This document shows positions 24,990 to 37,900 of a DNA stretch of 64,000 nt, piece after piece (positions within the stretch are counted from its first letter, which is position 1; every line of letters starts with the position of its first letter). This DNA is from Octopus sinensis (lineage: Eukaryota). The translations under genes and the position numbers were made by a program. The notes beneath the pieces are model-generated. The model was not told the origin of the DNA. It did no database searches and worked only from the letters and a program-made list of their open reading frames with translations. The stretch covers positions 31,806,001-31,870,000 of the forward strand of contig NC_043004.1 in NCBI RefSeq assembly GCF_006345805.1. Direction: 5' to 3'.

Positions 24990-25400
24990 ACAGTAATTTT
25001 GAAGTGCAGAAAATAGTCAATACCATCAACACTAAACCTTGACTGGTACTTCATTTTATCAGTCCCAGAGGGATGAAAGAAAAGTTCATCTTAACTGGAT
25101 TTGAACTCAGAATGTAGGATCAGAACAAATACCACAAAGCATATATTCCAGTGCACTAATGATTCTTACCAGCTCACTGCCTTAAATGGTTTCTGATATA
25201 GGTGCAAGGCCAGCAGTTTCAAGGAGAGGAGGTTAGTCAATACCATCAACCCTAGTACTTGACTGGTACTTTATTTTATAGACCTTGGAAGGATGAAAAG
25301 TAAAGTTGACCTCAAGGGATTTGGACTCAGAATGTAAAAAACTAGAAGAAACACTGCAAAGCATTATTTTATGTTCTAATGAATCTGCCAGCTCATCACC
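24990..25400 (-). mobile_element. Two adjacent degenerate SINE family C copies
   Basis: Each contains ctggtactt..tttat..ccc..ag.ggatgaaag..aaagtt.a.ct...ggatttg.actcagaatgta. Confidence 0.6.
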
Positions 25401-25552
25401 AATGGTGGTGGTGGTGGTGGTGGCGGCGGTGGCGGTGAGAGAAGGAGGAGGAAGATTTAAGTACAAACCCTGTTATTTTTAGTGGTGGGGTTTGTTGTTA
25501 CTGTCAATCCCAGAACTTAGACTGGTACTAATAATATATTTTTTACTTACTG

Positions 25553-26425
25553 CATGAGGTGGTATCAAAGAGTTCCCAGACTAGTTGTGTTTAATAAAAA
25601 ATTACTTATTTACCTAAGTTTTAACATCATCTCCTTTGAAGTAGTCATCTTGTGCAGTAATACACTGGTCCCAGTGTTTCTGCCACTTTTGGAATCCGGC
25701 CTGCAAGTTGTTTTCCGTAAGTGTGTCGAGGATCTTCTACAGTTTGCTCTTGATCTCGACAACAGTGTTAAAGCAGTGACCTTTGAGCTGCATTTTTATC
25801 TTGGGAGAAAAGATAAAAGTCCATAGATACTAAATCTGATGAATAGAATGAGTGTGGAAGTGATAGGAGGAGCTTAGTGACAGAGTGCATTGTTGTCGTG
25901 AAGAATCCAGACATTAGGATTGCCTGCATGGACTCATACAACAGACGACCAACAGCAACAGCAATGTCATTAATTGTCCTCCAACAATCCTCATGCACAA
26001 GCTGAGGAATTTTCTCCACATTTCCGATGGTGATGCTCATGGCAGGTCTTCCAGATTGCTCATCATCTTCCAAGGATGTTCTTCTATTTTCGAAGTCCCA
26101 TACAACTCTAAACATTATGTAAAACCCATTGCCTTGTCAATATAAGCTTGCTGAAGCATGTTCAATGTCTGTAGCAAACTTCCCAAGTTTAACACAAACT
26201 TATATATTGGCCCTTTATTCCTGTCCAAGACAAAAATCACAGACTACAACATACACATGATCACAAAGTCACAAATTTCACAACCTATGAAGTAAACACA
26301 GCAATGTCACTCAGTACACTGCCTCATGAAGGTCACTGATAGCTTTCACTGTGCACGCAACTGTGTGCTGCCATCTGTTGGCATGCTACAGAACTAGTCC
26401 AGGAACTTTTTGATGCCACCTCATA
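25553..26425 (-). mobile_element. Internally deleted mariner element
   Basis: TIRs atgaggtggtatcaaagagttcccagactagtt / atgaggtggcatcaaaaagttcctggactagtt. Coding remnants FENRRTSLEDDEQSGRP and HSFYSSDLVSMDFYLF (YSPDLAP..F.LF motif). Confidence 0.85.
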
Positions 26426-26586
26426 TTTTGTGTTATTTTCTTTTAAAATATATACATACATACACATATACATGCATCTTAATATCTACACAATCTAATA
26501 TATACACATACATGTATATCCTCATGTGTATATGAATAACGACACATACAGTCACTCTCACTGAAAATCCATGTTGTATTTTCCAG

Positions 26587-26690
26587 TGAATTATGGCAAC
26601 TGGTTTCAATATATGCTACAGTGGGAGAAAGATATCAAAGACCATCCCGATCTACCCATATTGATAGTCAAATATGAAGATCTTAAAAAG
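26587..26690 (+). CDS. Sulfotransferase coding exon 3
   Basis: Acceptor ttttccag. Reads LNYGNWFQYMLQWEKDIKDHPDLPILIVKYEDLKK (YEDLK motif). Donor gtgaaa at 26691, phase 0. Confidence 0.95.
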
Positions 26691-27230
26691 GTGAAATATC
26701 TTGACTCATTCTTCTGTTTCGGTAACCTTTGCATTTAATCTGGCCCAAATATTCTACCTGTTTTACGTTCAAAGCAGCCAGGTCTGGTCTTTCATTTCTA
26801 TTCTAAAAGTAAACCCTCACATCATTGAAGTCTAAAAGTCACAAGATAATGCATGATTAATTTGAAACAATATGAATAAATAAGCGTTACATTTGAGAGA
26901 GTAACAGAGTAATCTGAATGCTAAAAGGTTAAAAGATAAACTTAGTTTTATTCTCTTTAATCATTATAACAAAGACTAACCTTCCACTTCTTCAATGCCA
27001 GAAAATAATTCTGCCTCCAGCATTGAATAATTCTTTACTGAGCTCAGATCCTCAATGAAGTACTTCTCCCATGTCTAGTATGGTGTTGTTGGTACAGACA
27101 ATGGCATCCACATGGTTCTGTGTTCAAACCCACTGTGTGGCACCTTGAATAAATGTATTCTACTATATATCCCTAGATCAACCGAAGCCTTTGTGAGTGG
27201 ACCTGGTAGATAGAAATTGAAAATAGTCTG

Positions 27231-27288
<58 letters not shown>

Positions 27289-27598
27289 TAGCAATGCATC
27301 CTGGCATTGCCCAGGTGTTATGACATACAGCCATATTGTATCATTTGTTCCTTTCTTATGGGTAGAATCAGCACAGCTGATATATAGTGAACTGGATTAC
27401 TGGCATAATGGAAGTTATTGTTTGTTTAAAAGTGAAGCAGGGAAAGGTACAATTTGCATAGGTTTGCATGAAAGTGCTTTCTGTTCTTAAGAAGAATCAC
27501 AAACTATGTATTGTTTCATCGTATAAAAGAGGGTTAATACGATTTTGCCCAGAAATCACGTTTTCAAAGTTTTCATTTTCCCCCTTAACTCACCACAG

Positions 27599-27935
27599 AT
27601 TTTCTTAAAGAAACACTTGATGATCCTTCCCCCACCTTGCACACCAATCACCTACCCACTTTCAAAAAGCTAAAAACATTCAATGTTTCATTTTCATCTA
27701 ATGCTTCAATTATGCATAGAATTGTATTGAAATAGCAGGCGTAAAAAATATTAGAACACCACAAGAAAACCCAACATGCTAGAAACAACAGGTAAATGAC
27801 ATTATGTCCGAAGAAACTTCCCCACTTTCCAATAAGCTAAAAGTGAAACATTGGGAGTTTGTAGCTTTTTGAAAGTGGTGAGGTGATGGGTGGATGTTTG
27901 GGAAGGAGATTTTAGTGTTTCTTTAAGAAAAATGA
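27599..27935. repeat. Degenerate inverted repeat (~95-bp arms)
   Basis: ttttcttaaagaaacact...ccactttcaaaaagcta...caatgtttca is mirrored at ~27838-27935. Confidence 0.6.
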
Positions 27936-28444
27936 AAGAAGATAATTCTTCAAGATTCATACTCTCTGTTTTTTCTCTATGGATTACCAAGAAAAAATTT
28001 GAAAAAAAGTAAAAAAATGAAGAAATTGGGATGGGGAGGGAGAAAATTTTAATATTATGAACATGTTTTTACAGCGAAATCCTAATCTCCTGTATTGAAA
28101 ACATAGGAATCAGAAATCTAGGGAAAAAATTAGCAAATGGGGAGAGCAAATGTCACTTTGGACATGCTAGAAACAACTGGCAAAGGACAGGATTTCTGGG
28201 AGAACTTCCTTTTAAATTTATATCAAACATCAGGTTTTAAATACACTCATCATGAACACAAATTACAGAATAGAAAAGGATTATTTCAATTGGATTTGAG
28301 CTGTTATTTTGTGCATGCACATAGCAAGAAATAACATAATTCATACAGCAGTTTTACCTAGGGTGTGTGTGTGTGTGTGTGTGTGTGTGCCAAAAGAAAT
28401 TATTTTATGGCATAGAATTGTATTGAAATAGCAGAATTGTATTG

Positions 28445-28655
28445 AAGGCGGTGAGCTGGCAGAAACGTTAGCATGCTGGGCAAAATGCCTAACAGTATTT
28501 CATCTGCCGCTACGTTCTGAATTCAAATTCCACTGAGGCTGACTTTGCCTTTTGTCCTTTCAGGGTCGATGTAATCGACTTAATCCCTTTGTCTGTCCTT
28601 GTTTGTCCCCCCCCCCTATGTTTAGCCCCTTGTGGGCAATAAAGAAATAAGAAAT
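28445..28655 (+). mobile_element. SINE family C copy
   Basis: aaggcggtgagctggcagaaacgttagc...gaattcaaattcc...caataaagaaataa. The 20-mer aagaaattattttatggcat is repeated on both sides (28394 and 28649). Confidence 0.85.
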
Positions 28656-28763
28656 TATTTTATGGCATTCTTTTGTTTGAAGTAGGAAAGTTGTCAACTC
28701 AATCATATGGTTGATCATATAGGATCATATGATTGTTTATTAATTTCTGTAAAAAATTGTTCA

Positions 28764-29852
28764 TTTCTTTATGCTTTGAAGAGAGCAGAAATTGTAAGAG
28801 AGGAGAAAGTGAAAAGGCAACATTTGCTTTGAAGTGAGAGCAGAAAGTGAAAGATGTATGTACGTGTATATGAAACGGATGTGTGTGAGTGAGTGAAGGT
28901 GTGTGTGGTCATGTATGTATTTTTTGCATGTATGTGTAAGTGGCACTCACTTGATCTCTCTTTCTCTCTCTCTCTCACACACACACACACAAATCTTTCA
29001 TATACATGTACATAAATACATATGCATACATCTTTTTTGTATGTATGTGAGCATGTGACTGTATTTCCTCATAACATATAGAGAAATGGATGTCTTTTAA
29101 GGTACACACTGATATAGAAAATGTGACATCATTGTGGAATAAAATGTCGTTTAGGATAATTGAATTTTAGAAAGATTATAATGTTAAATTTTTGTAATGC
29201 AAATATGTAAAATAAAGTTTATTTGTTAGCTGAGAGATTATTGAATCTTTTGATACCCCATACGTCAAAATTGGCAACTCAGTTTTTGAATGTATTCATT
29301 AATTTCCATAAAATAATTTTCGTTTCTTTATGCTTTGAAGAGAGCAGAAATTGAAAGAGAGGAGAAAGTGAAACCATGACATTTGCTTTGAAGTGAGAGC
29401 CAAAAGTGAATGAGAGGAGAAAGTGTGTGTGAGAGAGAGAGAGTGAATCAGTGAAGGTGTGTGTTATCATGTATATGTAAGTGGCACTCACTCGGGCTCT
29501 CTCTCTGTCTCTCTCACACACACACACACACATCTTTCATATACACATACATAAATACATATGCATACATATTTTTTGTATATATGTGTGCATGTGTGAG
29601 AGAGAGAGTGAATGAATGCATTTCCTCACAACATGTACAGAAATGGATGTCTTTAAATGTACACACCACTCATATAGAAAATGTAACGTTGTCATTGTTG
29701 TCATCATGGTATAAGATGTTTACAACAGTTGACTTGTAGAAAAGATTATAATGTAAAATTTTTGTATTGAAAATAAAGTTTATTTGGTAGTTGTAAAATT
29801 ACTGAATCTTTTGATACCCATAAGTTAAAATCAGCAACTCAGTTTTTGAATG
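28764..29852. repeat. Old tandem duplication, period ~559 bp
   Basis: tttctttatgctttgaagagagcagaaattg starts at 28764 and 29323. Both units end gaatcttttgataccccata...gcaactcagtttttgaatg. Confidence 0.85.
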
Positions 29853-29897
29853 CATAAGGAAGATGTGTACACACACACATACAAACACTCTTTTATA

Positions 29898-30837
29898 TAC
29901 AGGGTTATTCAAAAAGAAAGAGCAGATTTCAAATTTATTTTTAAAACAAACGGTAAGAGACACAAACACGTTCTACATATTTCTTGGTAGGGGAAGGTTT
30001 AAAGTTTATAGCTGAACATGATCAATTGAATAATATTCTTATTTTGTATTAACGTTTCATTTTGTTCATTTCATTTAAAGATGTATAATTTTCATTTGTG
30101 TAATCCCTTAGAAAATGATGACACCACAAGAAAAGTCTCTTTGTGTTCTGCAGTTTGAGATATGCAAATTGAATTTCTCTACCCATTCAATAAAAATCCA
30201 CCTCATCACAAGCAAATTTACAAATGACATAAAAATTTCACAGAAAAAGGTTTCGATGTTTGTCGAGCAACACGTGGTGCTCATGTTGAATGCATACTAC
30301 CTTAAAATAAACTTTAAACCTTCCCCTGTCAAGAAATATATAGAATATGTTTGTGTCTCTTACTCTCCCTTTACTCTTTTACTCTTTTACTTGTTTCAGT
30401 CATTTGACTGTGGCCATGCTGGAGCACTGCCTTTAGTCGAGCAAATCAACCCCGGGATTTATTCTTTGTAAGCCCAGTACTTATTCTATCGGTCTCTTTT
30501 GCCGAACCGCTAAGTGACGGGGACGTAAATACACCAGCATCGGTTGTCAAGCAATGCTAGAGAGACAAACACAGACACACAAACATATACACACACATAC
30601 ATATATATACATATATACGACAGGCTTCTTTCAGTTTCCGTCTACCAAATCCACTCACAAGGCTTTGGTCAGCCCGGGGCTATAGCAGAAGACATTTGCC
30701 CAAGGTGCTACGCAGTGGGACTGAACCCGGGACCATGTGGCTGGTTAGCAAGCTACTTACCACACAGCCACTCCTGTGCCTATGTTTGTTTTAAAAATAA
30801 ATTTAAAATCTGCTCTTTCTTTTTGAAGAACTCTGTA
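29898..30837. mobile_element. Tc1/mariner-derived MITE with ~110-bp TIRs, interrupted by a SINE
   Basis: TA-cagggttattcaaaaagaaagagcagattt...; the right TIR is split by the SINE at 30360-30781. Internal MTPQEKSLCVLQF resembles a transposase N-terminus. Confidence 0.75.
30360..30781 (-). mobile_element. SINE family A, full length
   Basis: Same head, body and agtaaaagagta tail as 3207-3759. Confidence 0.88.
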
Positions 30838-31162
30838 TATGGAAGACGTCCCTGTCATTCTCTCTGTCTGTCTCTCTCACATTCCCTGTGTGTCTCCTCC
30901 CTTTCCCTGATGTCAGGCACCCTCATTATGTCTCATTTCCCTGAACCTAACACTTTTGCACCCCTATCATTTTATCATGTAATAGCCCAACCCCTGTAGT
31001 TGGTCCATTATAGATTTTTATTGAAATCCAATTAGCCTATAATTGAACTGAATGTTAGTTCAATACGTATACAAAGTTTGGTGAAGATTGATTCCCTGGT
31101 TTGGGCAGCAAGGCAGCAAGTTAGTAACAGACTGACTGACAGACAGATAAAAAGAAATTGCC

Positions 31163-31197
<35 letters not shown>

Positions 31198-31611
31198 CAT
31201 GCATATATTTATATTTCAGGATGGTCATTTTTATTTTCGCCAAATGAACACACGCACTTTATATCTGTCCTTCACTAAATAAAAGACATGGGTACAAACA
31301 GTACAGTAAGCAAACTCATATACACACACACAAAACACTCACACACAAATGCAAATGCATGTATAGATAAGGATATACACCACAAAAAGACAAAATGGAC
31401 TAAACAGAACAGGAGGAGACGCATGAGATGGAGTGTCACTGAAGAGATCATAGGATGTGTGATGAAAGATTTGAAACAAAGGACATTAAAATAAGAACAA
31501 TTATAAAGCTGAAGTGAAGGACAAGTATATAGTGCATGTGTTTATTAGGCAAAAAAAATAACCATCCCAAAGTATAACAATATCTATTTCAACACACAGT
31601 TTCACATATAA

Positions 31612-32350
31612 CATACAGGGTGTCCATAAATTACTTTAACAATTTGAAAAATTCAGAAATAAAATGAAAAATAAGGATAACTCAGCAAAGTTTATTGACA
31701 AATAAAGTTTTATTAGAAACATCAGAACACATCTCCACTTGGCTCCATTGAATCCAGTCTCACTGAGACCAATTTTGCATTTTGACTTTCCAGGATTGAT
31801 AAAATAAAGTACCAATCTTATACTAGAATCAATGTAATCAGCTAAACTTTCTCCTTAAATTTGGGGCTTTCTAGCTATCTTGGAAACCAAATAATATTAT
31901 TATTTCATGTCTATAGCAAATCTTTGCCCCTTTTTTCACTCAACCTTGTGCAATATTTGTATCAATTTTCAAACCATTCAAACAACAAAAGGGATTCAAT
32001 AATTACTAAACCAGCCAGTGAGACATGGTTCAAACTGTACTGCTGTTACACATTTTCTCCCTAAGTCACTTTGATATGTCTGGTAAAAACATTCAATGTA
32101 AAATTGATTAAAACATTTCTATTCATTCCATGTGAACTCTGAACCCTTTGATAAATTTTCTGCTGGTTCCATCTTGAGGTCTGGCATTGGTGGAGTACCT
32201 ATAAATCTTACTTCCTACATTTGTATGCAATTACACTCTTCAAAATCATGCTGTGGAACAGACAATATCATGAAGGTTTTTTCACACTTTTTAATCTTCT
32301 TCTGATTTGTTGATAGCCATACAAAACAGGTCTTCTAAAAACACAAAGTT
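31612..32350. mobile_element. Possible degenerate Tc1/mariner relic
   Basis: Starts tacagggtgtccataaatt, a typical TA-CAGGGTG terminus. The other TIR is not clearly recognisable. Confidence 0.3.
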
Positions 32351-32742
32351 TTACAGATAAACACTTTTATAATGGCATATCTCACTGCTATATTAAACTG
32401 GTTAACTGGTTAACCCTTTAGCATTCAGATTACTCTGTCAAATATAATTCTTATTTATTCATACTGTTTTAAATTAATCATGAATCATCTTGTATTAATC
32501 TTTGAATTATCTTGTAGCATGGAGATTTTGATGGGATAACAGTTAATTTTTTGAATGATATTATAGGGTTGGTGCAAGAGGTCACATCTGGTCAGTTTCA
32601 ACATAAAATAGGCATGTGATTTGACTAGATATGGCCTGTTTAAATTCTAAAGGGTTAAATATCTATATCAAATTTATTCTTGCATTTTTCTGTATATTGC
32701 ACAGTTGAAATAGTTTGTGTCTCTTTTTTATATTTACTTTAG

Positions 32743-32905
32743 GATCCAGTTGGCAATGTGGCTAAAGTGTCCAAGTTTTTAGGTCTTCCTAAAAACGACC
32801 AACTTTTTAAAGATATTGCTGACAAATGTTCATTTTCCAAAATGAGAGTAGCAAAGCAAGAAGGTGACATCCTTAGAACTTCTGGAGAATCTCTTTATCG
32901 TAAAG
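32743..32905 (+). CDS. Sulfotransferase coding exon 4
   Basis: Acceptor tttactttag. Reads DPVGNVAKVSKFLGL...KCSFSKMR...LYRKG. Donor gtacag at 32906, phase 1. Confidence 0.95.
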
Positions 32906-33034
32906 GTACAGTTCCTTTCATATATGCTTTCTTTCATTTATTCTTTCCTTCACCATTTCAACCAGATTACGTCATTCATTTTCGTGATATTGCTCATTGA
33001 TAATAATGAGCAAGTGTGTGTGTGTGTGTATGTA

Positions 33035-33084
<50 letters not shown>

Positions 33085-33639
33085 TTAAATGCAGGTGTTA
33101 TTCAAATTCTTTTACTTCCGATATATGTTTTGAAGATATCACTGGTAATATTCCAAAGGAATAAAATGGTGTAAAACAATGTAATCTTCTCTTCAGGGAA
33201 ATGAAGAAAGGAAACTCGTCAATAAGATATTTTAACAGAATATGATGGATATGTATAGTGATTAACTGAATGCTATTAAGTTTTTTTAAAAACACATTTG
33301 AGGATATAACGTCAAATGTAGCCTATAGAAAGGGGAGAAGTAAAGGAAAGAAAAAAACTAAATAAATGAGAAGTATATAACTTTTATGTGAATTAAATAA
33401 AACCCTATGGTCTTGGAAAAAGATATATCTTGTGAACGTGAAATGTAAGAAGAAAATTGATCTTTAAATTATATATAATGATAGATATCACTTATATGAA
33501 CTAAAGGTGTGTTTCTGCCAATGTCTTCTCTGTAATTCTGAACTAATTTTTATTCTTTTTTCTAAAAATCCCCTTGTAAACACGGTTATAGAATGTGCAT
33601 ACCGATGTAAGCATTGGCAGAAACATACCTTGTTTTCTT

Positions 33640-33925
33640 TTATTCTGGAGCACCACCTTTAGGTGAACAAATCGACCCCAGGACTTATTCTTTGTAAGCC
33701 CGGTACTTATTCTATCAGTCACTTCTGCTGAACCACTACGTTACAAGGATGTAAACATGCCAACATCAGTTGTCAAGCGATAGTGGGGGGGGGACAAACA
33801 CGCATATGAGAAGCTTCTTTCAGTTTCCATCTACCAAATCCACTCACAAGGCTTTGGTTGGTTAGAGACTATAGCAGAAGACACTTGCCCAAGGTGCCAC
33901 ATAGTGGGACTGAACCCTGAACCAT
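33640..33925 (-). mobile_element. SINE family A, degenerate copy
   Basis: ctggagcacc...tcgaccccaggacttattctttgtaagcc...ctaccaaatccactcacaagg...gtgggactgaacc. Confidence 0.75.
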
Positions 33926-34069
33926 TATATTATATATTATATATAAATGTATCATATATATATATATAATATATATATTATATACATAAAATATATGTAT
34001 ATATATATATATACTTTCCTTCTTGGGACACAAAACTCCACTTGTGAAGACCTGTTGAGGCAAGTGAAA

Positions 34070-34543
34070 ATCAAAATCAAAATCAAAATCAAATCAAATC
34101 AGATATCAGAAAGCAGAACTAAAATCGAAGTCGATCAACATCAATGGAAATTGCAGCTGTGATACCAGTGCCGGTGACAAGTAAGCGAACCATCTGATCA
34201 TGGCCGTTGCCAGCACCGCCCCGACTGGCCTCCGTGCCAGTGGCACGTAAAAAGCACCATCTGTTCGTGGCCATTGCCAGCCTCGCCTGGCCCCCGTGCC
34301 GGTGGCACGTAAAAAGCACCGTCCGTCCGTGGCCGTTTGCCAGCCCTGTCTGGCACCTGTGCGGGTGGCACGTAAAAAGCACCCACTACACTCACAGAGT
34401 GGATGGCATTAGGAAGGGCATCCAGCTGTAGAAACACTGTCAGATCAGACTGGGCCTGATGCAGCCTTCTGGCTTCCCAGACCCCAGTTGAACCGTCCAA
34501 CACATGCTAGCATGGAAAACGGACGCTAAATGATGATGATGAT
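34070..34543 (+). mobile_element. RTE 3'-UTR fragment with internal tandem repeats
   Basis: Repeated gtggcacgtaaaaagcacc units, then the conserved 3' end and (GAT)n tail. Confidence 0.8.
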
Positions 34544-34589
34544 ATATATATATATATATATATATATATCTAATATATATATATGTATA

Positions 34590-35465
34590 TGCCCTTCCTA
34601 ACACCAACCACTGTGAGAGTGTAGTGGGTGCTTTTTACATGCCACTGATACGGGAGCCAGACAGGCAGCACTAGTATTGGTCACATTTGGATGGTGCTTT
34701 TTACATGTCACTGGCACAGGAGCCAGTCAGGGCAGGGGAGCTGACATCGACCACATTTGGATGGTGCTTTTTACATGCCACCGGCACAGAGAGCCAGACA
34801 GGTGGCACTGGCAACGACCAATGCGTGAATGGTGCTTATTGTGTGCTACCTGCACAGGAATCAGTCAGGTGGCACTGGCAACGACTGATGCATGAATGGT
34901 GCTTATTGTGTGCTACCAGCATGGGAGCCAGTCATGTGACACTGGCATCAGCCACAACTATAATTTCCATTTGATTGTGATTTGATTTGATTTTGATTTA
35001 CTTGATTTTGGCATGTTGCCCGACAATCCAAAGGTACTTTTTAAGTGAGCTGGTGTAGGCTACGGCTGTGATCTCACATTACTTGCCAGGTATTCTCAGT
35101 CTCAGCATATCTCCAGAGGTCTCGGTCTTTAGTCATTGCCTCTGTGAGACCCAACATTTGAAGGTCATATTTCACCACCTCATCCCATGTCTTCCTGGGT
35201 CTCCCTCTTCTATGGGTTCCTTCCACTGTTAGGGAGTGACACTCCTTCAAACAGCTCTCCACATCCATATGCAAAACATAACCATACCAGCACAGTCGTC
35301 TCTCTTATGTTCAACATTTCTCTCAGGGTGCTTACACTCTGTCGTGTGTGTACACTGACATTACACATCCAGTGGATCATACTAGAGGCCCTTTGTCACC
35401 AGTAGGGATAGGAGCTTTCTGAACTTTGCCCAGGCTATTCTTATTCTAGTAGCAATGCTCTCCGA
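34590..35465 (-). mobile_element. RTE LINE 3' portion (opposite orientation to 34070-34543)
   Basis: HMDVESCLKECHSLTVEGTHRRGRPRKTWDEVVKYDL...DRDLWR, followed by the repeat-containing 3' UTR. Confidence 0.85.
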
Positions 35466-35486
35466 GGATGTGTGTGTGTGTGTGTT

Positions 35487-35713
35487 AATAATAATAATAA
35501 TAATAATAATTGTGTACAGTGCTCAGGTGCACTACAACTCATCTAAAGTGTATATATAATCAGGTGTAGTTTCGGCGGATTTCGGAAAGCATGAGGGCCT
35601 TAAAGGATGCAGTGTCATGGCAGTCAACAACTGACGCAGGCAGTTTATTCCATGCTTCAGCAACTCTGAGCGTGAAAAAATGTTTCTGAAAGTCATGGGA
35701 GCTGTGTTGTGTT
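35487..35713 (-). mobile_element. CR1 3'-end fragment, near-identical to 9677-9900
   Basis: (ATT)n tail plus tgtgtacagtgctcaggtgcactacaactcatc...gaaagtcatgggagctgt. Confidence 0.9.
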
Positions 35714-35905
35714 CTTTTACTCTTTTACTTGTTTCAGTGCTCCAGCATGACCACAGTCCAATGACTAAAACAAGTAAAAGTAAAAAAAAAAAAATTTCTT
35801 TATATTACAGAAGATATAAAATAAAAGAAAAAGAAAAAGAAAAAGAAGGCTTCTACTTATTATAGACATGAAATTCTTACAGCTAAAGTCTCTTCTATTT
35901 TACAG

Positions 35906-36015
35906 GTGTTGTTGGTGACTGGAAGAATTGGTTCACAGTTTCTCAGAATGAGAGATTCCAAGTGGAATGTGACAAATTTGACAAGCAGTCTACGTTGTTT
36001 AATACAAAGTACTAA
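35906..36015 (+). CDS. Sulfotransferase coding exon 5 (last)
   Basis: Acceptor ttttacag. Reads GVVGDWKNWFTVSQNERF...TKY* (GxxGxxK and KxxxTVxxxE motifs). Exons total 166+324+104+163+110 = 867 nt = 288 aa plus stop. Confidence 0.95.
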
Positions 36016-36339
36016 ATATCACTTTAGTATTGTTATGAGTTTCTCATAAACACCTTTATATTGCATTTGTTAATATGTTTAATATTTTCATTGCTATTTA
36101 ATAATCATTTGGTTCCTATCAAGTAGAATATATTTTAATATCTACTATCTCAAAGTGTTAGTTTTAATTTTATATCATGGAAGAACCATTTAAGAACAAA
36201 CAATCCCTTAAATTTACTTTATGTCACGTGCTAATTGTTTAATAGTTTTCATTGGTATCTGAAAATCACTTTATTTCTATATACCTAGAACATATTTTAA
36301 AATTGTTAGTTTTACTTCTAAAATTTTTAGTTTTATAAT

Positions 36340-36349
36340 AATAATAGTG

Positions 36350-36406
<57 letters not shown>
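36340..36406. repeat. (AAT)n microsatellite, probably in or next to the SULT 3' UTR
   Basis: Directly visible; it ends in aataaa, a possible poly(A) signal. Confidence 0.85.
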
Positions 36407-36408
<2 letters not shown>

Positions 36409-36589
36409 CTGCTCTATTGGAGAAAGCTAGGATACTTGGGTTTTGAGTATTTTCCATGATACTTAACACCTAAGCACCAAGTCATATAATTTGCGGAAAG
36501 CGACCCTATGGGACCTCTCAGAATTAAGCAGTACAAGTAAGATCAAGAGCACTGAGAAGTAAATAATAATAATAAGAAGAAGAATAATG

Positions 36590-37020
36590 GTTTCAAATTT
36601 TTCCACAAGGGCAGCCATTTGTGGGGAGTAGATGACTCAATTACATCAACCTTAATGTTTCACTGGTATTTAATTTACTGACCCCAAAAGGATGAAAAGC
36701 AAAGTCAGCCTCAGAGGAATTTTGAATTCAGAACATAGCGATGGACGAAATACTGCTAAGCATTTCACCCAGTGTGCTAACGATTCTGCCAGCTTGCCAC
36801 CTAATAATAATAATCCTTTCTACTAAAGTCACAAGGCCTGAAATTTTGAGGTGGGGGCTAGTCAATATATAACCCCAGTATATAACTGGTACTTATTCCA
36901 TCGACCCAGAAAGGACAAAAGACAAAGTCAACCTTGCCGGAATTTGAACTTAAAACATAAAGACTGATGAAATACTGCTAAGCGTTTTACCCGGCATGCT
37001 AATGATTCTGCCAGCTTAGT
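36590..37020 (-). mobile_element. Two tandem degenerate SINE family C copies
   Basis: Each reads ...aaagtca.cct..g..ggaattt..gaa...cgaaatactgctaagc.ttt..cc..g..tgctaa.gattctgccagctt. Confidence 0.7.
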
Positions 37021-37900
37021 GCTTAATAATAATGATGATGATGATGATGTCGACGACAACGACGACGACGATGAGGAGGAGGAGGAGTTTATTGTGTATA
37101 GAGTTCAGGTACACTACAACTTTTCAGAAAAGGATAAAAGAGGGAACAAAAAGCTACAATAAATCAAGTAAAGAAAGACAGCAATGATAATCAAAAGTGC
37201 ATGCATAACACACAAGGTAAAACTCAAAAAGAAAATTGAATGGTAAAAGAGCTATAAAGAGGAAAGGGTGCATTGGCATGTCAGGAGTAGGCCTAGGAAA
37301 TTTCAGGAAAGAAGGAGTTTTTGATGAATACTATGTCCTGATAGCTAACAAATTACTCCATGTAGTTTGTCACTCATCTGTTATAATGTCATAGAAAATA
37401 CGTTTAAAAGCAAACATTTATATTTACTTTATATCACATTCTTTTTGTTTGTTGTGTGTGAATAAATCCAAAAGTTTGCGTCAAATCATTGTAACTATTG
37501 ATAAATAATCCAAAGAATAATTCTTTTATCACCATCATTGTCATCATCATCAAGATTCTTGTCATCATCATTATTATTGTTGTCATCATCATTATTATTG
37601 TTGTCATCATCATTTTTGTTGTTGTCATCATTTTTGGTGTACTGAATGTAGTTTATTGTGACACCTGCACTAGAAAAACTCGCCTGTCTCTGGATAGACT
37701 AAAGAATTACCTTAACTTTATGTGAGGAGATTCTTTTAGTCTTCATTTCTCTACTAATCACTTAATCAATAGACAGAGATTTTACAGGGAGACTTCAATC
37801 CTAGACTCCAAATCCATTCCACATTTGTTTGCAAGAATTACCAATCCATCCTAAAGTCAGCAGAAACTTGTGAATGTTTGAAAGAAAGTATCTTGCTATT

